A DNA stretch of 64,000 nt from Isurus oxyrinchus (taxonomy: Eukaryota), in the NCBI GenBank assembly GCA_026770705.1, contig JANJGN010000019.1, positions 105,028,001 to 105,092,000 of the forward strand, written 5' to 3'. The notes beneath the pieces were generated by a model. It saw nothing but the letters and a program-made list of their open reading frames with translations. It had not been told where the DNA came from and searched no databases. Shown in pieces: positions 38,884-51,340 of this stretch. How positions within the stretch are numbered: the stretch's first letter is position 1; every line of letters begins with the position of its first letter. Made by a program: the position numbers and the translations under genes.

Positions 38884-39449
38884 CTATCGCCCGGAGCAGT
38901 CCCTGTCTGAAGACGTGAAGCAGTCTGCGCTCTGGTGCGCTTTAAATCTGGCGCCCGGAGTGAGGAAGCGCTGAGGTTACAGTCTGGCGGGAAAATCTGA
39001 GCCTGTCCGCCAGCAATCCGGAGTGTTTCCCATCAATGCATTATTAATGAGGCTGGGACCCGCCGGGAATGGGGGCGATACAGCGCCAAAACCTGCCAGT
39101 GCGGCCGGCGGGGAAAACATCCTTTCACTCGCCCACTTGGTGCAAATCTGCCCTGTGCCGGTCGGGACTGCTTGTAGTCCCAGTCCTGTCCGCGGGACCT
39201 GATTGGCCGGCAGCTCTCTGGGGCGGGACTTGCTGCCCAGGGAGGGGTGGAAGTCCCACCTCCAGCCAATGGACACTTGTTAGAGCGTTAAAATGACTGC
39301 TGGGGGGTATCGGCGGGGATGTGTTTTCTGCTGACCCCTTGGATGGCGGGAAGGGAAACCCCACCGTTCTAAAACTCCTGGCCAGCTGTTTTGTACCGTT
39401 CCAGCACAACCTCCCTGTTCTTACACCCCATGCCTTCGCTCATAAAGCT

Positions 39450-39930
39450 AAGTAAAATATATTAAAAGAAAGGGATATAAAGCCAGAGGAGGTTGAACAG
39501 AGGGGATGGGAAAAATTGTGCGGCAATTCATAGATGAGGATACATATTTTAAACTTTTAATGCATTGAGGATCAAGGAGCCAGTGAAACTCAGGAAGGAG
39601 GAATGATGGGCAAGTGTGGAATGGGATATGGGCCACTATGCTTTGGATAAGTTGGAGATTTTGGATAGTATAGTATGGGAAGTCAGTAAAGAAGTCTTTG
39701 GAAAAAAGTGACCAAAGCCTTGATAAGGGTTTCAGCAACAGTGGGGCTGAGATACAGACAGGCATGGTCAGTGTTGCAGAGGTTGACTTGTGATAGAGAT
39801 TAAAAGTCAGCTTTAAGTCAAACAGGACAAGATTTTGCTTGGTCAGGTTCAGACAGAAGTGGCCAGGGAGTAAGATGGAGACAGTGGCAAGGCTGAAAAC
39901 CATGGCTTTGAGATTTTCCTGATATTCATT
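39450..39930 (-). mobile_element. Decayed L2-type LINE fragment
   Basis: Minus-strand IQNLQLIQSIVAHI...LPEFHWL resembles the L2 ORF2 C-terminus (LQLIQNxAA...LxxLHWL). Confidence 0.6.
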
Positions 39931-40397
39931 TGGAAGATGTTGTGACCATGATGGAATACTTACATCCTGACGTTACAGAGTTGGTCAAGAGGTCAGGTGA
40001 GGTGGTGGAACAATTGGAGCAGGTGTTGTCAGCATTATGTATGGAGAGTGACCACAGCCCCACTGAGTGCTGGTTATCATTTTATATTGAAAAGAGAAAC
40101 TATTCTCATCCTTGGATTTTACAAATAGGCATATTCTTCCCATTGAAATGCATGTCTTCTTACTCATAATAATTACCATGGCATCTGTGAACTGCCCCAT
40201 GTCCGATTTTTCACCTAGCACCATTGAGTGCCCTTGTACTTCTGTAGAATCCAGCATTAACACAATAACACTGTAAGAGTGAAATGGAAAAAAAACGATT
40301 TGAAGTTACCTGTATTGACGACCTAAATAGAAATGTGTGGGGGAAACACTGAGTATGAAAAAATATTCAGCAACTGAAGAAGTGAGCACAACTCAAT

Positions 40398-41730
40398 AAC
40401 ACAAAAGCAAAATATTGCAGATTCTGGAAACCTGAAATAGAAACAGAATACCCAACAGAGCAGCCAGTCTGTGTGGAGAGGGGAAGACATCTCAACATTT
40501 CAGGTGAATGACCTGGAAAGAGTTAGAAATGTAACAGGTTTTAAGGAAGTACAAAGTAGGGAAGGAGGAGAGGACAGAAAGGGGAGGCGTATGATAGGGT
40601 AGAAGGCAGGAGTGACTAAGTGACAAAAGGGATGATGATGCAAGGCACAAGGAGATGGTAATGGGACAAATAAAGGAACAAAAGATGTGTCCAGAGGAGG
40701 TATGAATGGGAATAATGGAATCATCACCTGGAGCCTCAGTCGGAGAGAAATGGGACCAGAGGGTTATGATCTGAAATTGTTGAGCTTAGAAGCCTATGAA
40801 GTACCCAGGTGAAAAACGCTATTCTGTTCCTCGAGCTTGTGTTGAGCTCGATTCGAGTAGTGTCGGAGGTGAAGGACAGAGAGGTCAGAGTGGGAGTGGG
40901 GCACAGAATTAAAATGAGAGGCGGCCAGGAGCTCAGGGTCACGTTTGCATACTGAACACCTGCAAAGCGATTGGCCAGCCTGCGTTTTGTCTCCCACTGT
41001 AAAGGAGGTCATATCATGAGCAGGGAATAAAGTACACAAGATTGAACTAAGTACAAAGTAAATCACTGTTTCATCTGGAAGGAGTGTTTGGGGCCTTGGA
41101 CAGTGAGAAGAGAGGAGGTAAAAGGACTTGCGTGGAAAGGTGCTGTGCGGAGGGGAGGGGCCGTTGAGGGTGATTGAGGAGTCGCAAAGGGAATAGTTTC
41201 CTTGGATAGGAGGAGGGATGGGGAAGATATCCTTTCTGTGCTGGCATCACACTGGAAGTGGCAGAAACGGTGGAGAGAAAGGTGAGTCCATCATAGTTTT
41301 TTGGAGTGAGGGGAAGGGGTGAAAGCAGAGTTGATGGAATTGAGGACCCCATCAAGGAGCAGAATCAGGGCCCATCCCTAATCAATGATAGTTACATGGT
41401 CAGAGGCTAGCTTTCAATTCCAGATTTATTAATTGAATTCCACCAGCTGGCATGGTGGGATTTGAACCTGTGGCCCCAGAACATTAGCCTCAGCCACTGG
41501 AATACTAATCCAGCAATATTGCCTCTACACACTGTCGCTACCTAGGAGGCATTAGTTTGGAAGATGGCATCGTCAGAACAGATGCGACAGAGATGGAGAA
41601 ACTGGGATAACGGAATGGAGTCTTTCCAGGGAGCGGGATCGGGGAGGTTTGGGGGGGGGGTGAGGGTGTGTGTGGTGGTGGGGGGTGGGGGGCGGTGGGG
41701 GGGGGATGTAGTCGAGGTAGCTGTGGGAGT
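40398..41730 (-). mobile_element. Penelope-like retroelement fragment (RT C-terminus, GIY-YIG endonuclease remnant and 3' end)
   Basis: Minus-strand peptides DSIPLSQFLHLCRICSDDAIFQT and SHFNSVPHSHSDLSVLHL...KLEEQNSVFHLGT. End motif aaaagcaaaatattgcagattctggaaacctgaaat. Interrupted by a SINE at about 41365-41541. Confidence 0.8.
41365..41541 (-). mobile_element. Same tRNA-SINE family, antisense and internally deleted
   Basis: Reverse B-box gggatttgaacc, ttccagattt and tail cccatccctaat match the reverse complement of 46841-47203. Confidence 0.72.
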
Positions 41731-42407
41731 CAGCAGATGATAATATTGGTTATATCTGTTACTTGTCTTGTTTTCTTCGCTGAACAAATGAGAACGTTCG
41801 CTGTATTTCAAGGACAGCTCTAATATAGCAGATTTTTGTGTCATTGAGGCCACAATTCTGACTCTTTTAGATATAAATAAGCCATGGGAAGACAGTGAGA
41901 AAGAAATTTGCATAAATAAGTAGGTGAGGTGTGCTGCATTGCTTCATTGGAAGCTGAAGGTGAAGCTTAAAGACGGATGTAAAACCTTAATCTACTTTTT
42001 TTAGCGCTTGCCTGTTTATATTATGATCTATGTCTGCCTAATTTGGTTTAAGTAGTAGCCGGTACATTTTGTTTACCATTTAGCAAAAGTCTTTAGGCTC
42101 AGTGTTACTGGAGTCTTAATCCTGCCTAAGCACGAAGCAGCAATGGCTACAGCCCCGTTGTCTGATGTGTTGTGAATGAAGCCGCTTTCTGTCAGTAACA
42201 TGTGGTCTCTTCACTGGAGAGCCCTGTGTAAATCCTGAGTAAATAGAAGGAGGCTAACAAAAGATGAGCCCCTGCAGCTCAGAGCATTTGGAGCCTTTTG
42301 GGGGTTGAATGTGCTAAATGCTGCTTATACCGCCTGAAAAGTTGAGGAGAAAGGAGCATAAAATCCCTTTTCTCTCTCTCTCTCTCTCTCTCTCTGCTTT
42401 TGCCCAG

Positions 42408-42461
42408 AGGGAGGAAGGGGTGCAGGGAGAGGGAGGTTGTTCTGGGCCAGAGAAGCCTGAG
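42408..42461 (+). other. Candidate cryptic or poison cassette exon of MEIS2
   Basis: About 40-nt (CT)n pyrimidine tract plus CAG acceptor; GAG|GTAAGC donor; in-frame TGA. No transcript evidence available. Confidence 0.35.
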
Positions 42462-45129
42462 GTAAGCCTATGAGGAGTGTCTTTTAGTGCTCCTTTGAGT
42501 GTAAAGAAGGTGGTATGGGTCACTGTCTCCTCTTTAATGTAGGAAAACCCACACAGTTCGTAAATGTTGCATGCTACAAAAGAAAGTGCAGCTGTTACAC
42601 AGAACTCCAGTGCGGTAGGCCATGCCCTGCTGAAGATCTGGTCACTTAAAAATAAATCTTACAAAAATTCAATTTTAACATACAAGAGCATGCAGCACAG
42701 CAGGATAGAAAGAGAGCCCCAGTAATTAGAGGCTCAGGTACTGCTTATTTCAGGCAAATTAAGAAAATAGTAATACATTTTATGCAACAACACTTCAATT
42801 AATTTTAACCCGAATGCTGCAAATGAAGTACGTCGAAAAAAATAACATTATCTTATAGGCAAGAATATCATGTTACAACATGCAGCAGTAAAGTGGCCAT
42901 ATCTTACATTTACCACACAATTAAAAGACCCTATACTAAATTTAAGATTTGACATATTTCCAATTAATGCCTCATTACAAAGATTTCATTGAGATAAAGG
43001 TTCAGATAGCTAACAATTTTGGCAAATACTAAATCCTAACAACGCTTTTTTTTTCTAATCACTTTATTAGCTGATTTCCCTTTCTTCCCCCCGTCTTATT
43101 TTCTAATATGCACACATACTTCTGATGCCAGCTTTTTTTTTAGGCGTAGATTTTCGTCTCCCCAGGCACAGCTTTCCAAAACTGCCGCAGGCTATAACGC
43201 AGCACCTCAGATCCCCAAGGCCCAGTGCCTGGCTCCTAATAGCCACTCTCCATCTGTGTCACATGGATAGATGATAAGACACTTCCAGTTTCTGTTTTGG
43301 AGTGTACATCCGCACAGGTTGAAATGCCATAGTTGCCAAGGAACAGTCAGAAGCCATTAGCATTTGGGAAAATTTGCCCTGCAGCATTCCTTTCTGGCAT
43401 CATGGAAGCAGGGTGTAAATCACCAGCACTCTGTGCTTGGCAATTGTAATGAGGCTGTGTGAAATGTTTCTGGTCCAGCATCATTTTTATGATTATTTCC
43501 ACCTTTTTGGCTCCCCCGTCATGATTCACGTTCGAGGAGAAGTAGCAAAAGTTAGTGGTAGATGAAGGGCTGTGCAGATGGAGGGAGCTGCGCTGCCTTG
43601 GGGCTGGGAGGCTGTAATGAAGTGGCTTGTCAGTCTGTAAATACTGGGGTCGCCTCTTCGACGTGATGGAGGGTATCACATTGCAGTGAAAATGGAAACG
43701 TCAATAAAATTAATCTGCCAACTCTTTGCTGTGGGTTTTTCAGCTTCTGTGGCCAAGAGAGGTAAAAAAAATTTAACTTGCGTAAAAGTTGCCAAGGCGA
43801 GGGCCCTTGTTTAACATAATTGTTCAGTGCCACCAACCTCCTGGTAATCATATAACTGGAAGACAGTAGTAGAATTAGCTTCTGCGTTTGTAACGTTCCT
43901 CAGGAAGCTAGGCAGCTCTGGCTATGCTGAGTCCTAAGTTTATTGTTTTAGGGTTTCCTGAACAAGGTTTTTACTTAGCATGGGATTTATGGCATTTTCT
44001 GCTAATGAATGTCTATTCTTAAATTACAAAACCCACAGTCTCAGCGCAATTTCCAGATGTTCTTCCAGGACCTCAGCTTCTTAAACATCAGCAGGGAGCA
44101 TAAACTCTACACTTCTCTGTTTTCGTCTTTCGTGTGGCTTTAGGCTAATGATGTGCAAGAGAAAAACATAGCCCGTTGAATAAAAAAAAGCCTGATGCTG
44201 TTTCAGTATCCTTCATTTATTTTGCATTTGATTATACTTTGGGTCCTTTCTTTCTTCTTTCTTTTTAATGTTATTGGTTCAAATATTAATGGGGAAATAT
44301 GGTATATATAGGTGCTCTGATTGATGCCTTTCAAAAACAGGAGGACAAGCACGTATGAATTTTAAGAAAGTACGAGTCCAGGATTGCCTTGGCGCAGAGT
44401 TTTTTTAGATACATAATTTAGATGCCCTCTAGGCAGGCTTTCAAGGCATTTTTGCCTGAGGGTAAAGAAAAATAACTATGACTGTTAAAAGTAAATGATT
44501 TTTGCTAATGCACAATTAATGCAAGGAAAGACAGAACAGCGGTGAGAGTGGATGGAGGTAACTCCTGATTTAAAGAAGGCACCTTGCCTTGATATGTACC
44601 TAATTCCCGTAAATATGAGAGTCGGAAGCAGTGATGCAGGGAGACAGAGGGTGTCATCCCATGCAAATGCATTGGGGGAAGGGTGCAATGATGAACTGTG
44701 GTCTGTTCTGTGCAACGAGCCTTGACATAGTTACTTACACCTTATGCAAAATCCCTGTAATGTTCAGATTTTTGAAGCAGTCTTCAATGTTTAGTTAGAA
44801 AATATCCTAAGCCATCCCATATATTTAGAGAGTGAAATGAGATCAAAACAAAATTATCATTGCAGCTTTTAAACCGAATATAAATTTAGTTGACAGAAGG
44901 CTACTTCTCTCTGTCAAAAGCATAGCAATAATTGAATTAATGATACATGTGTGTTCATGTGAAGTTTATCAAAACAGGATTGGGAGACATGGTGCCTTGA
45001 GTTAAATATTATTCACATAACAATCCAGTATTTTAATGAGAAATGTTATCAGTTTGCATTATCCCAAATCGCTGTGAATCAAATTTGATTGCTTTTGCTT
45101 GTTATTTGCAGAGTGCTCAAAATGTGTAA

Positions 45130-45363
<234 letters not shown>

Positions 45364-45384
45364 TAAATGATGTCTAAAATTCGT

Positions 45385-46084
45385 GGGCAGGATTTTTAGG
45401 TTGGCTTGCCCGGTTGGGGGGTGGGGGGGGGGGGGAGGGGGGGGGTGGGGGCGGCTGTGGAATAAACCATCGCCCGCAATCAGCCCCCTGACCGTGGTTT
45501 CACTCTGGCTGATCAATTAAATGCTCAGTGCTGCTGGGATGCAGGCAGGAGGAGGGCGGGCGCTGATGCAAGCGTGGGCATAGGTGAGCGCTGACTGAAA
45601 GCCCCCCTGAAGGCAGAGAGCTGCCTCAGGGAGCTGAAAACTTTTAAAACGATAAATAAAGTTTATAAAATCCTGGGGGGGGTGGTGGGGGGCAGATGTC
45701 CACGCATCACGGTGGCCTGAACACATTCGTGATAAAAATTCTGTCCATGCATTTTTATTTTTTTTAAAATTTAATAACAGAAACCTCATCCCTCGTCTTG
45801 GAAGAGGTTTCATGAAAAACGCAAAGTCCGCCTGGCCGATTTGCCCGGCCCTTAGCCGTATGGTTGGATGGACCGCAAAAAATCGGAGACAGTAGCAACT
45901 TTAATTGTACTAATTGGCCTCTTGAGGGTCAGCGGGCGCACTCCCGACCTTTGCGCGCGCCCACCGACCGAAACATGGCGTGAGCGCAGGACGATGTCGG
46001 GGTGCTCGCCCGATGTCATCTCGCGAGATTTCATGTCCGATCGGGTCAAGCGCTTGCCCGCATGTTGACCTAAGAATCCTGCCC
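45385..46084. mobile_element. Harbinger-type MITE, same family as 15442-16083
   Basis: TIRs GGGCAGGATTTT ... AAGAATCCTGCCC; flanks cgt/cct; internal similarity to 15442-16083. Confidence 0.78.
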
Positions 46085-46189
46085 CCTGAGAATGCGTTTC
46101 TTTAATTTGTGAGCTGCGCACTCCATTTTGTTCAAACACAACTTATTTTGATGAGCTCCATAATATATATATATATATGAATCATCTTG

Positions 46190-46590
46190 ATAAACGTAGG
46201 GTATAGGGACAGGAGTGGAACATTTGGCCCTTGGAATCTGCCCCGCCATTCAATAAGATCAGGGCTGATCTGCTTGTGGCCTCAGCTCCACTTTTCTGTC
46301 TGCCCCCCACAACCTTCAACTCCCTTGCCTAACAAAAATCTGTCTAACTCTGCCTTGACTAAATTTAATGACCTGGCCTCCATTGCTTTCTTGGGAAGAG
46401 AATTCCACACACCAACGATTCTTTGGGAGATAAAATTCTCCTCATCTCTTTCTGAAACGGGAGTCCTTTTATTTTTAAACTGTGTCCCCTAGCTTTAGCC
46501 TCCCCCACAAGAGGGGACATGGACATCCTCCAGGTATCCACCCTATCAAGTCCCCTCAGGGTCTTGTATGTTTCAAACATTCTCTTGTAG
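46190..46590 (-). mobile_element. CR1 LINE 3' end
   Basis: Minus-strand peptide ETYKTLRGLDRVD...PLVGEAKARGHSLKIKG...EMRR plus 3'UTR. Confidence 0.85.
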
Positions 46591-46709
46591 ACGATAAAGT
46601 TAACAGGAGCAGAAAAAGAATGTGAAACACGTTTTGGGTTGTTGGGCATTGTTCCTGCTCTGGTGTTTTGAGGAAATACTTTTAATGAAACCACTTCATG
46701 AGAGAACGT

Positions 46710-47794
46710 GGGCAGGAATTTCGGAGGCAGAGAGGGGCAGGAGCTGAGGCAACCAGCGTGTCAGCTTGGCAGCACCATCCCACCCTGCAGCAATTTTCAG
46801 GAAGGCTGGCTCTGGGGCGGGAAGTGTACCTGCCCAGTTGGGGGAGATGGTGGTCCTAATGGTAATGTTACTGAGCTGATGCTGAAGGAGCATGTGTTCA
46901 AATCCCACTATAACAGCTGGTAGAATTTTGATTCAATTAATTAAAAAAAATCTGGAATGTCATGGTCACCACGACAACTATCATTGATTGGTGTTAAAAA
47001 CCCATTTGGTTTGCTAATGTCCTTTAGAGAAGGAAATCTGATGCCTTTACCTGGTCCGGCTTATATATGACTCCAGATGGTTGACTCTTAACTGTCCTCT
47101 GAAATGGCCAAGCCCAGCCACTCAATTCAAGGCCAATTAGGGATGGGCAATAAATGCGACCCTGCCAGCGATGTCCACATTCCATAAAAAATAAATTAAA
47201 AGAAGTATTGGTTAGCCAGTTGAGGTAATTAAGGGCCAGTTAAGCCCTCCCTCCCATGCCAACTGGCATTTCCTAGACAGTAGGCAGGCCCCACGCAGTG
47301 GCTGAAACACAGCCAGTAAAACAAGATAAGTCTCCTGGAGAAGAGGAGGTGGGGGGAAGGGAACACATTTCATTGTGCAAGGGGCCATCAGGCCATAGCT
47401 GTGGCCACTGGCCATCCAGTGAAAGATTTGCCCTTCTACCATCACAGCCAGGCAGACTAGGCCTTTTTTACATTAAATTCCTTTCCTTTTCTTCAGAAGC
47501 CTCCTCCATCGTGAGGTGGCCTCTCTCTCTCTCTCTCTCTCTGCCTGAATTGGCAGCTGCCGCCTTGGACAGTGAGGCTGCTGATGAGTCATCACTGGAA
47601 GGCCTCCGATTGGGCCTCCAACCTTGGGAAAATGTCCACCATCCTTAATTGGACGATGGGTGTGCCCTCGGGCCACTAATTGGTCAGTTCAGTGAAAATT
47701 GATGACAGGTTATTGCTCCCGACATGATGCTGGGTCGGGCCTCACATTTGACCTCGACCTTGAGGTCCTGCTCCCAAAGCGGAAAATCCTGCCC
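46710..47794. mobile_element. Harbinger-type MITE interrupted by a SINE
   Basis: TIRs GGGCAGGAATTT ... AAAATCCTGCCC; flanks cgt/cat. Confidence 0.72.
46841..47203 (+). mobile_element. tRNA-derived SINE with a LINE-derived 3' tail
   Basis: A-box-like tggtcctaatgg and B-box-like gttcaaatccc. The tail caattagggatgggcaataaatgc...gccagcgatgtccacattcc is shared with the LINE end at about 11485-11545. Confidence 0.8.
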
Positions 47795-48104
47795 CATGTT
47801 TCCGAATAAAAGAGCCAGAAGTGCACTCTCTGACCACATTATGTGTGTATGTGTATATATTGGTCTTCAAACCATTGCTCTTAATACTGGTTATTGATAT
47901 ACAGTTTAAATGTGAACAACGCTAACTTCTGCTTCAGTTTTGTTAGCTCACAAAAACTGGCCTTTTGGTGATTTCATTATATATTTACAGGGTTATTAAC
48001 TGTGCCATTGTGACAGGAGAATCTCAGATGTTAAACTGAGTTAAGTCATTCAACCAATAGGGAAGTGAAGATATTAACCACCAGGCCAGACAGTGAGAGA
48101 CTAT

Positions 48105-48233
48105 TGCCGGGATTTTCCGGCCTAGCTATGACGGGACCCACCATGAGGGAATGCAGCATGCCAGCCAAATGTCCATTGTCTGTCGGTGAGACCGGATAAT
48201 CCTGACAGTGGGTGGGGCTGGAAAACCCCGGCC
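48105..48233. mobile_element. Short (about 130 bp) TIR element / MITE
   Basis: Inverted ends GCCGGGATTTTCC ... GGAAAACCCCGGCC; flanks tat/cat. Confidence 0.65.
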
Positions 48234-50764
48234 CATGTTTTAGGTTGTGTTTCACAGAGGTGCTTTCCAAGTACCAAGGCTCTAAAGTATAAGCAAGATC
48301 ATTTTAAGGCTTTTGAGTTTTTTTATACAGAAAGCAAAGGAATTTTTTTTTGATGAATTTAAAGGCTATTAAAGCAATATATTGGCAAATCCAACAGCAG
48401 TGCAGCCGACCAGCTGGAAACTAACCAGAATCTGAATGTGTCAGGCCCAGGGCCTTGCCCACCAGCTCCTGCGCCAAACAAGGCCATCAGTTTTGGAGGA
48501 GGAGGCCGGGATTGGGTGGGATGGAGATGAGGCAGTGGGTGTGGTGGTTGCGTGCAGTGTGCCCTAGTGTCATGGGTACCAGCTGTTGATACTTTAATTA
48601 AGGGTGTTACCCTTACTCCACATGCTCTGATGTAGTATCAGTGGTTCCTGCAGGTACACTCTGACATGTTGGGTTTCGCCCTCTATGTTTTCATGGCACT
48701 CACTTTACAGCAATTTTGCAGTTGTAATGATGGTGAACCTGTCAGCATTCTTTGTCATTACCCTGTGAAACTGATGGCAGCACCTGACATCCACACATGT
48801 GCAGTCAAACACAGGAACCAGAAGTTGCTGGCAAGGATTCCCAGCTCATCCAAAGAGTGAACTGTTGAACATCCCACAGACAGCACTGTTTGGAAATCAC
48901 TGAACTGACAAGAACTTCCCTTTTATGTGTAATCTCACTGTTGAAACCCTCTGAATAGTGATACTTTGTTAATAAAATATAACTGCGTTTTTAATGACAT
49001 ACTGTCACAACTACTTCTGAACAACATCTCTGGCCCTGAAAAACTAATTTTATATTCGTGTAACGTCAAAATGTTTCCAATATCATAATTCTATAGTTTA
49101 ACAAAAAATTAAGCATATTTGATATTCCAACTTCTAAACTGTGCAACCCAATCTTTATTTCACTTGCTGTAAAATTTTTAAAACTGAAGGATAACCAGGT
49201 CCTTTTACTTCCCAGTTTGCTGTCGGTGAGAATTCTGGCTTCTATCTATGTGGTGACATCACTGTTGCTGGAGATCCCCTTGACTTGGCACCAGGCTCAA
49301 ATTAGCATTGGAAAGGTGAAATTTACACCACAGAGATTGCTAGATCTTTTTGGGTAGTTTTCCTTGAGGTCAGCTTCGAGTGCCATGGTTTCACTGCGGG
49401 CTGCAAAATTTTGGCCTATGTCACAAATTAAAGCTGCACCTGTATCAAAGATGCAGTTGCCTCAGTGATTTGATTTCCATCAGTCCTTTGTTTGGTCTCA
49501 TGACAGAGTAAATGACGGGGTAGTATTAAGTAGGTGGGGGAGGAACAAACTGACTTAATCCAACATCCCCTGATTAATTTAGATCACTTGCTGGACAGTT
49601 ATAGAAATGCTCTCCTTGATTGATTCATCGAAATACAATGTTCATTCCACTTGCCCCGTTCAAAAGGGGGAGTAATTCACTCTTTAACAGGGAAAAATAC
49701 ATTAAATGGGAGCAGAACGTGAATTGAAATTATTTAGAATGTTCTGCATGTGAAAGAATTAATTGGTATGTGGGGATTCTGTACAAAATGTCTTTACCTA
49801 GGTCGCAGATATCTTTACTGAAAGATGTGTCTTCTGCAGAACGCCACTGTTCCCAATTAGCCAGGAATGGCATTATTATTTATTCTAGGTTTAATTTTTG
49901 CTATTTAGTTTTAATACATTCAAAACATGTGCATTTCTAAAGATTTATAAGATGCGGTTCAGAAACAGCAAATTCATTTTGTTGAATGTATTTATGGTTG
50001 GCTCTTAAAGAGTTAATCAAAAAAAACGTCCCTGCTGAAATCACAGCAGGCTTAATATGTATATATTTTTTAAAAATTGTTCTCATCAGATAGCGTTCTC
50101 CCCCCTCCTCCACCATCACCACCCCCCCTCCTGTTTCAATGCATTTGTTTAGTCACAAAGGTGGGTTTAAAAGTAAACTGAGAGGCATTTGTTAAGCCGC
50201 TGCAGTGTCTTTGTGTGCACTTTAAGCTGGGGGATGCCTCGTACAGTATGTGAGTCCAGTACTACAGCTGGGAGGCAGCTGCTTCCTTTGCAACAGCATT
50301 ATGCACTGAAGTGTGCAGCCCCTGTCATCACCTGAATACCTTTAATCAAAAAAAATTATTTCGTTCCTACAGCGACCAAACTTTGCCAAAAGTATTTTCC
50401 ACCTGCAAAATTAAATTGTCTTCGTTTGGGAGATAAACCATCAGGCAAAGCCGCAGTTACATAAGCAAATTCTAATGAGCCAATAAGAATATTAATGAAC
50501 CAGTAAGAATAAGATCGGCAACTTGAGGATCAGAGTTAATAAAAAAAAGTTTCTCCAGTTCTACGGAAGGTTAAATGAAATGTACGTAAACCTTACTTAT
50601 CAGTGAATTCTTAAAGCTAAACCTCCTGAAAATGCAAGATCTGGCCTTCCCACAGAATGACATTCAGTGTGTCTTTGCATTCAAACAACTACATTGAATA
50701 ATTCATGGTCAATGTACAAATATTTGTGGAATTGTTAAAGGATGATAAATCAGGGAACCCTAAG

Positions 50765-51340
50765 AGCGGAGTGGGTTAATGCACCATGTGCTTGTGACAC
50801 TGAGCTGCAATGACCAAGAAGGTCCCAGATTTAACCTGCGGGCTGTACCGAGTTTGTTTTATCACAGGCAGGCTGCTGTTCAGGGCACTTCAATTGACTT
50901 CAGCGTCCTCAGGCTTTCATGAAGAGGGAGAAACATGCCAGGGATTCCTCTCCTGATTACTGATCCAGTAACCTCTGCTGGATAGAGCACATGTGGAGAC
51001 ATTCAGTGAGGACAGAATCAGCTGCAATTTCCCTACTGCCCCCACCACCTCCCCCGCGGCCCGCCCACCCCCCCCACCCCCGCACCACCCCCCAGCCCCC
51101 ACTCCACCCAGCTCCCCTCCCCCCCATCCTAAATCCTAGTACAATAGTCACTTCCCATAAGTGAAGAACAGCCAGCTTGGATGGGGTACTGGGGGGTACC
51201 GCCAGTTGTTGATGCCAAATTCTAGCAATGAATCACACCTTCAGCAGAGAGTAAAGAAAGCGAGGAATATTTTAGTGCATCAGTCAGTCAGTTGTGTTAA
51301 CTTTCAGAATCTGTGTTTAAAGTGTCGGCATGCATACAAT
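50765..51340 (+). mobile_element. Old tRNA-headed SINE-like repeat; related antisense copy at about 1440-1720
   Basis: Degenerate tRNA head (gagtgggttaatgcacc...ggtcccagatttaacc). The core cagggattcctctcctgattactgatccagtaacctctgctgg resembles the reverse complement of about 1585-1660. Confidence 0.5.

Larger units (their letters stand above)
34584..39153 (-). mobile_element. PIF/Harbinger element carrying a Myb/SANT-like ORF2; transposase absent or very decayed
   Basis: Follows TTA. Ends GGTGAGAATTTT ... AAATCTGCCC resemble the family TIR. CpG-rich subterminal regions. Contains a spliced Myb/SANT-like gene on the minus strand. Confidence 0.7.
34011..39383. mobile_element. Harbinger-type MITE (TIR GGCCAGGA) inserted in CR1 and itself split by a larger element
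   Basis: Ends GGCCAGGATTT ... AAAACTCCTGGCC; flanks agt/agc. The two halves (34011-34583 and about 39154-39383) are colinear with the inverted copy at 32997-33490. Confidence 0.75.

Noticed and set aside
32997-39383. A single 6.4-kb transposon with 200-bp TIRs
   Set aside because: Better explained as two separate inverted MITE copies, because the CR1 flanks rejoin at 34010/39384 and internal segments are also duplicated.
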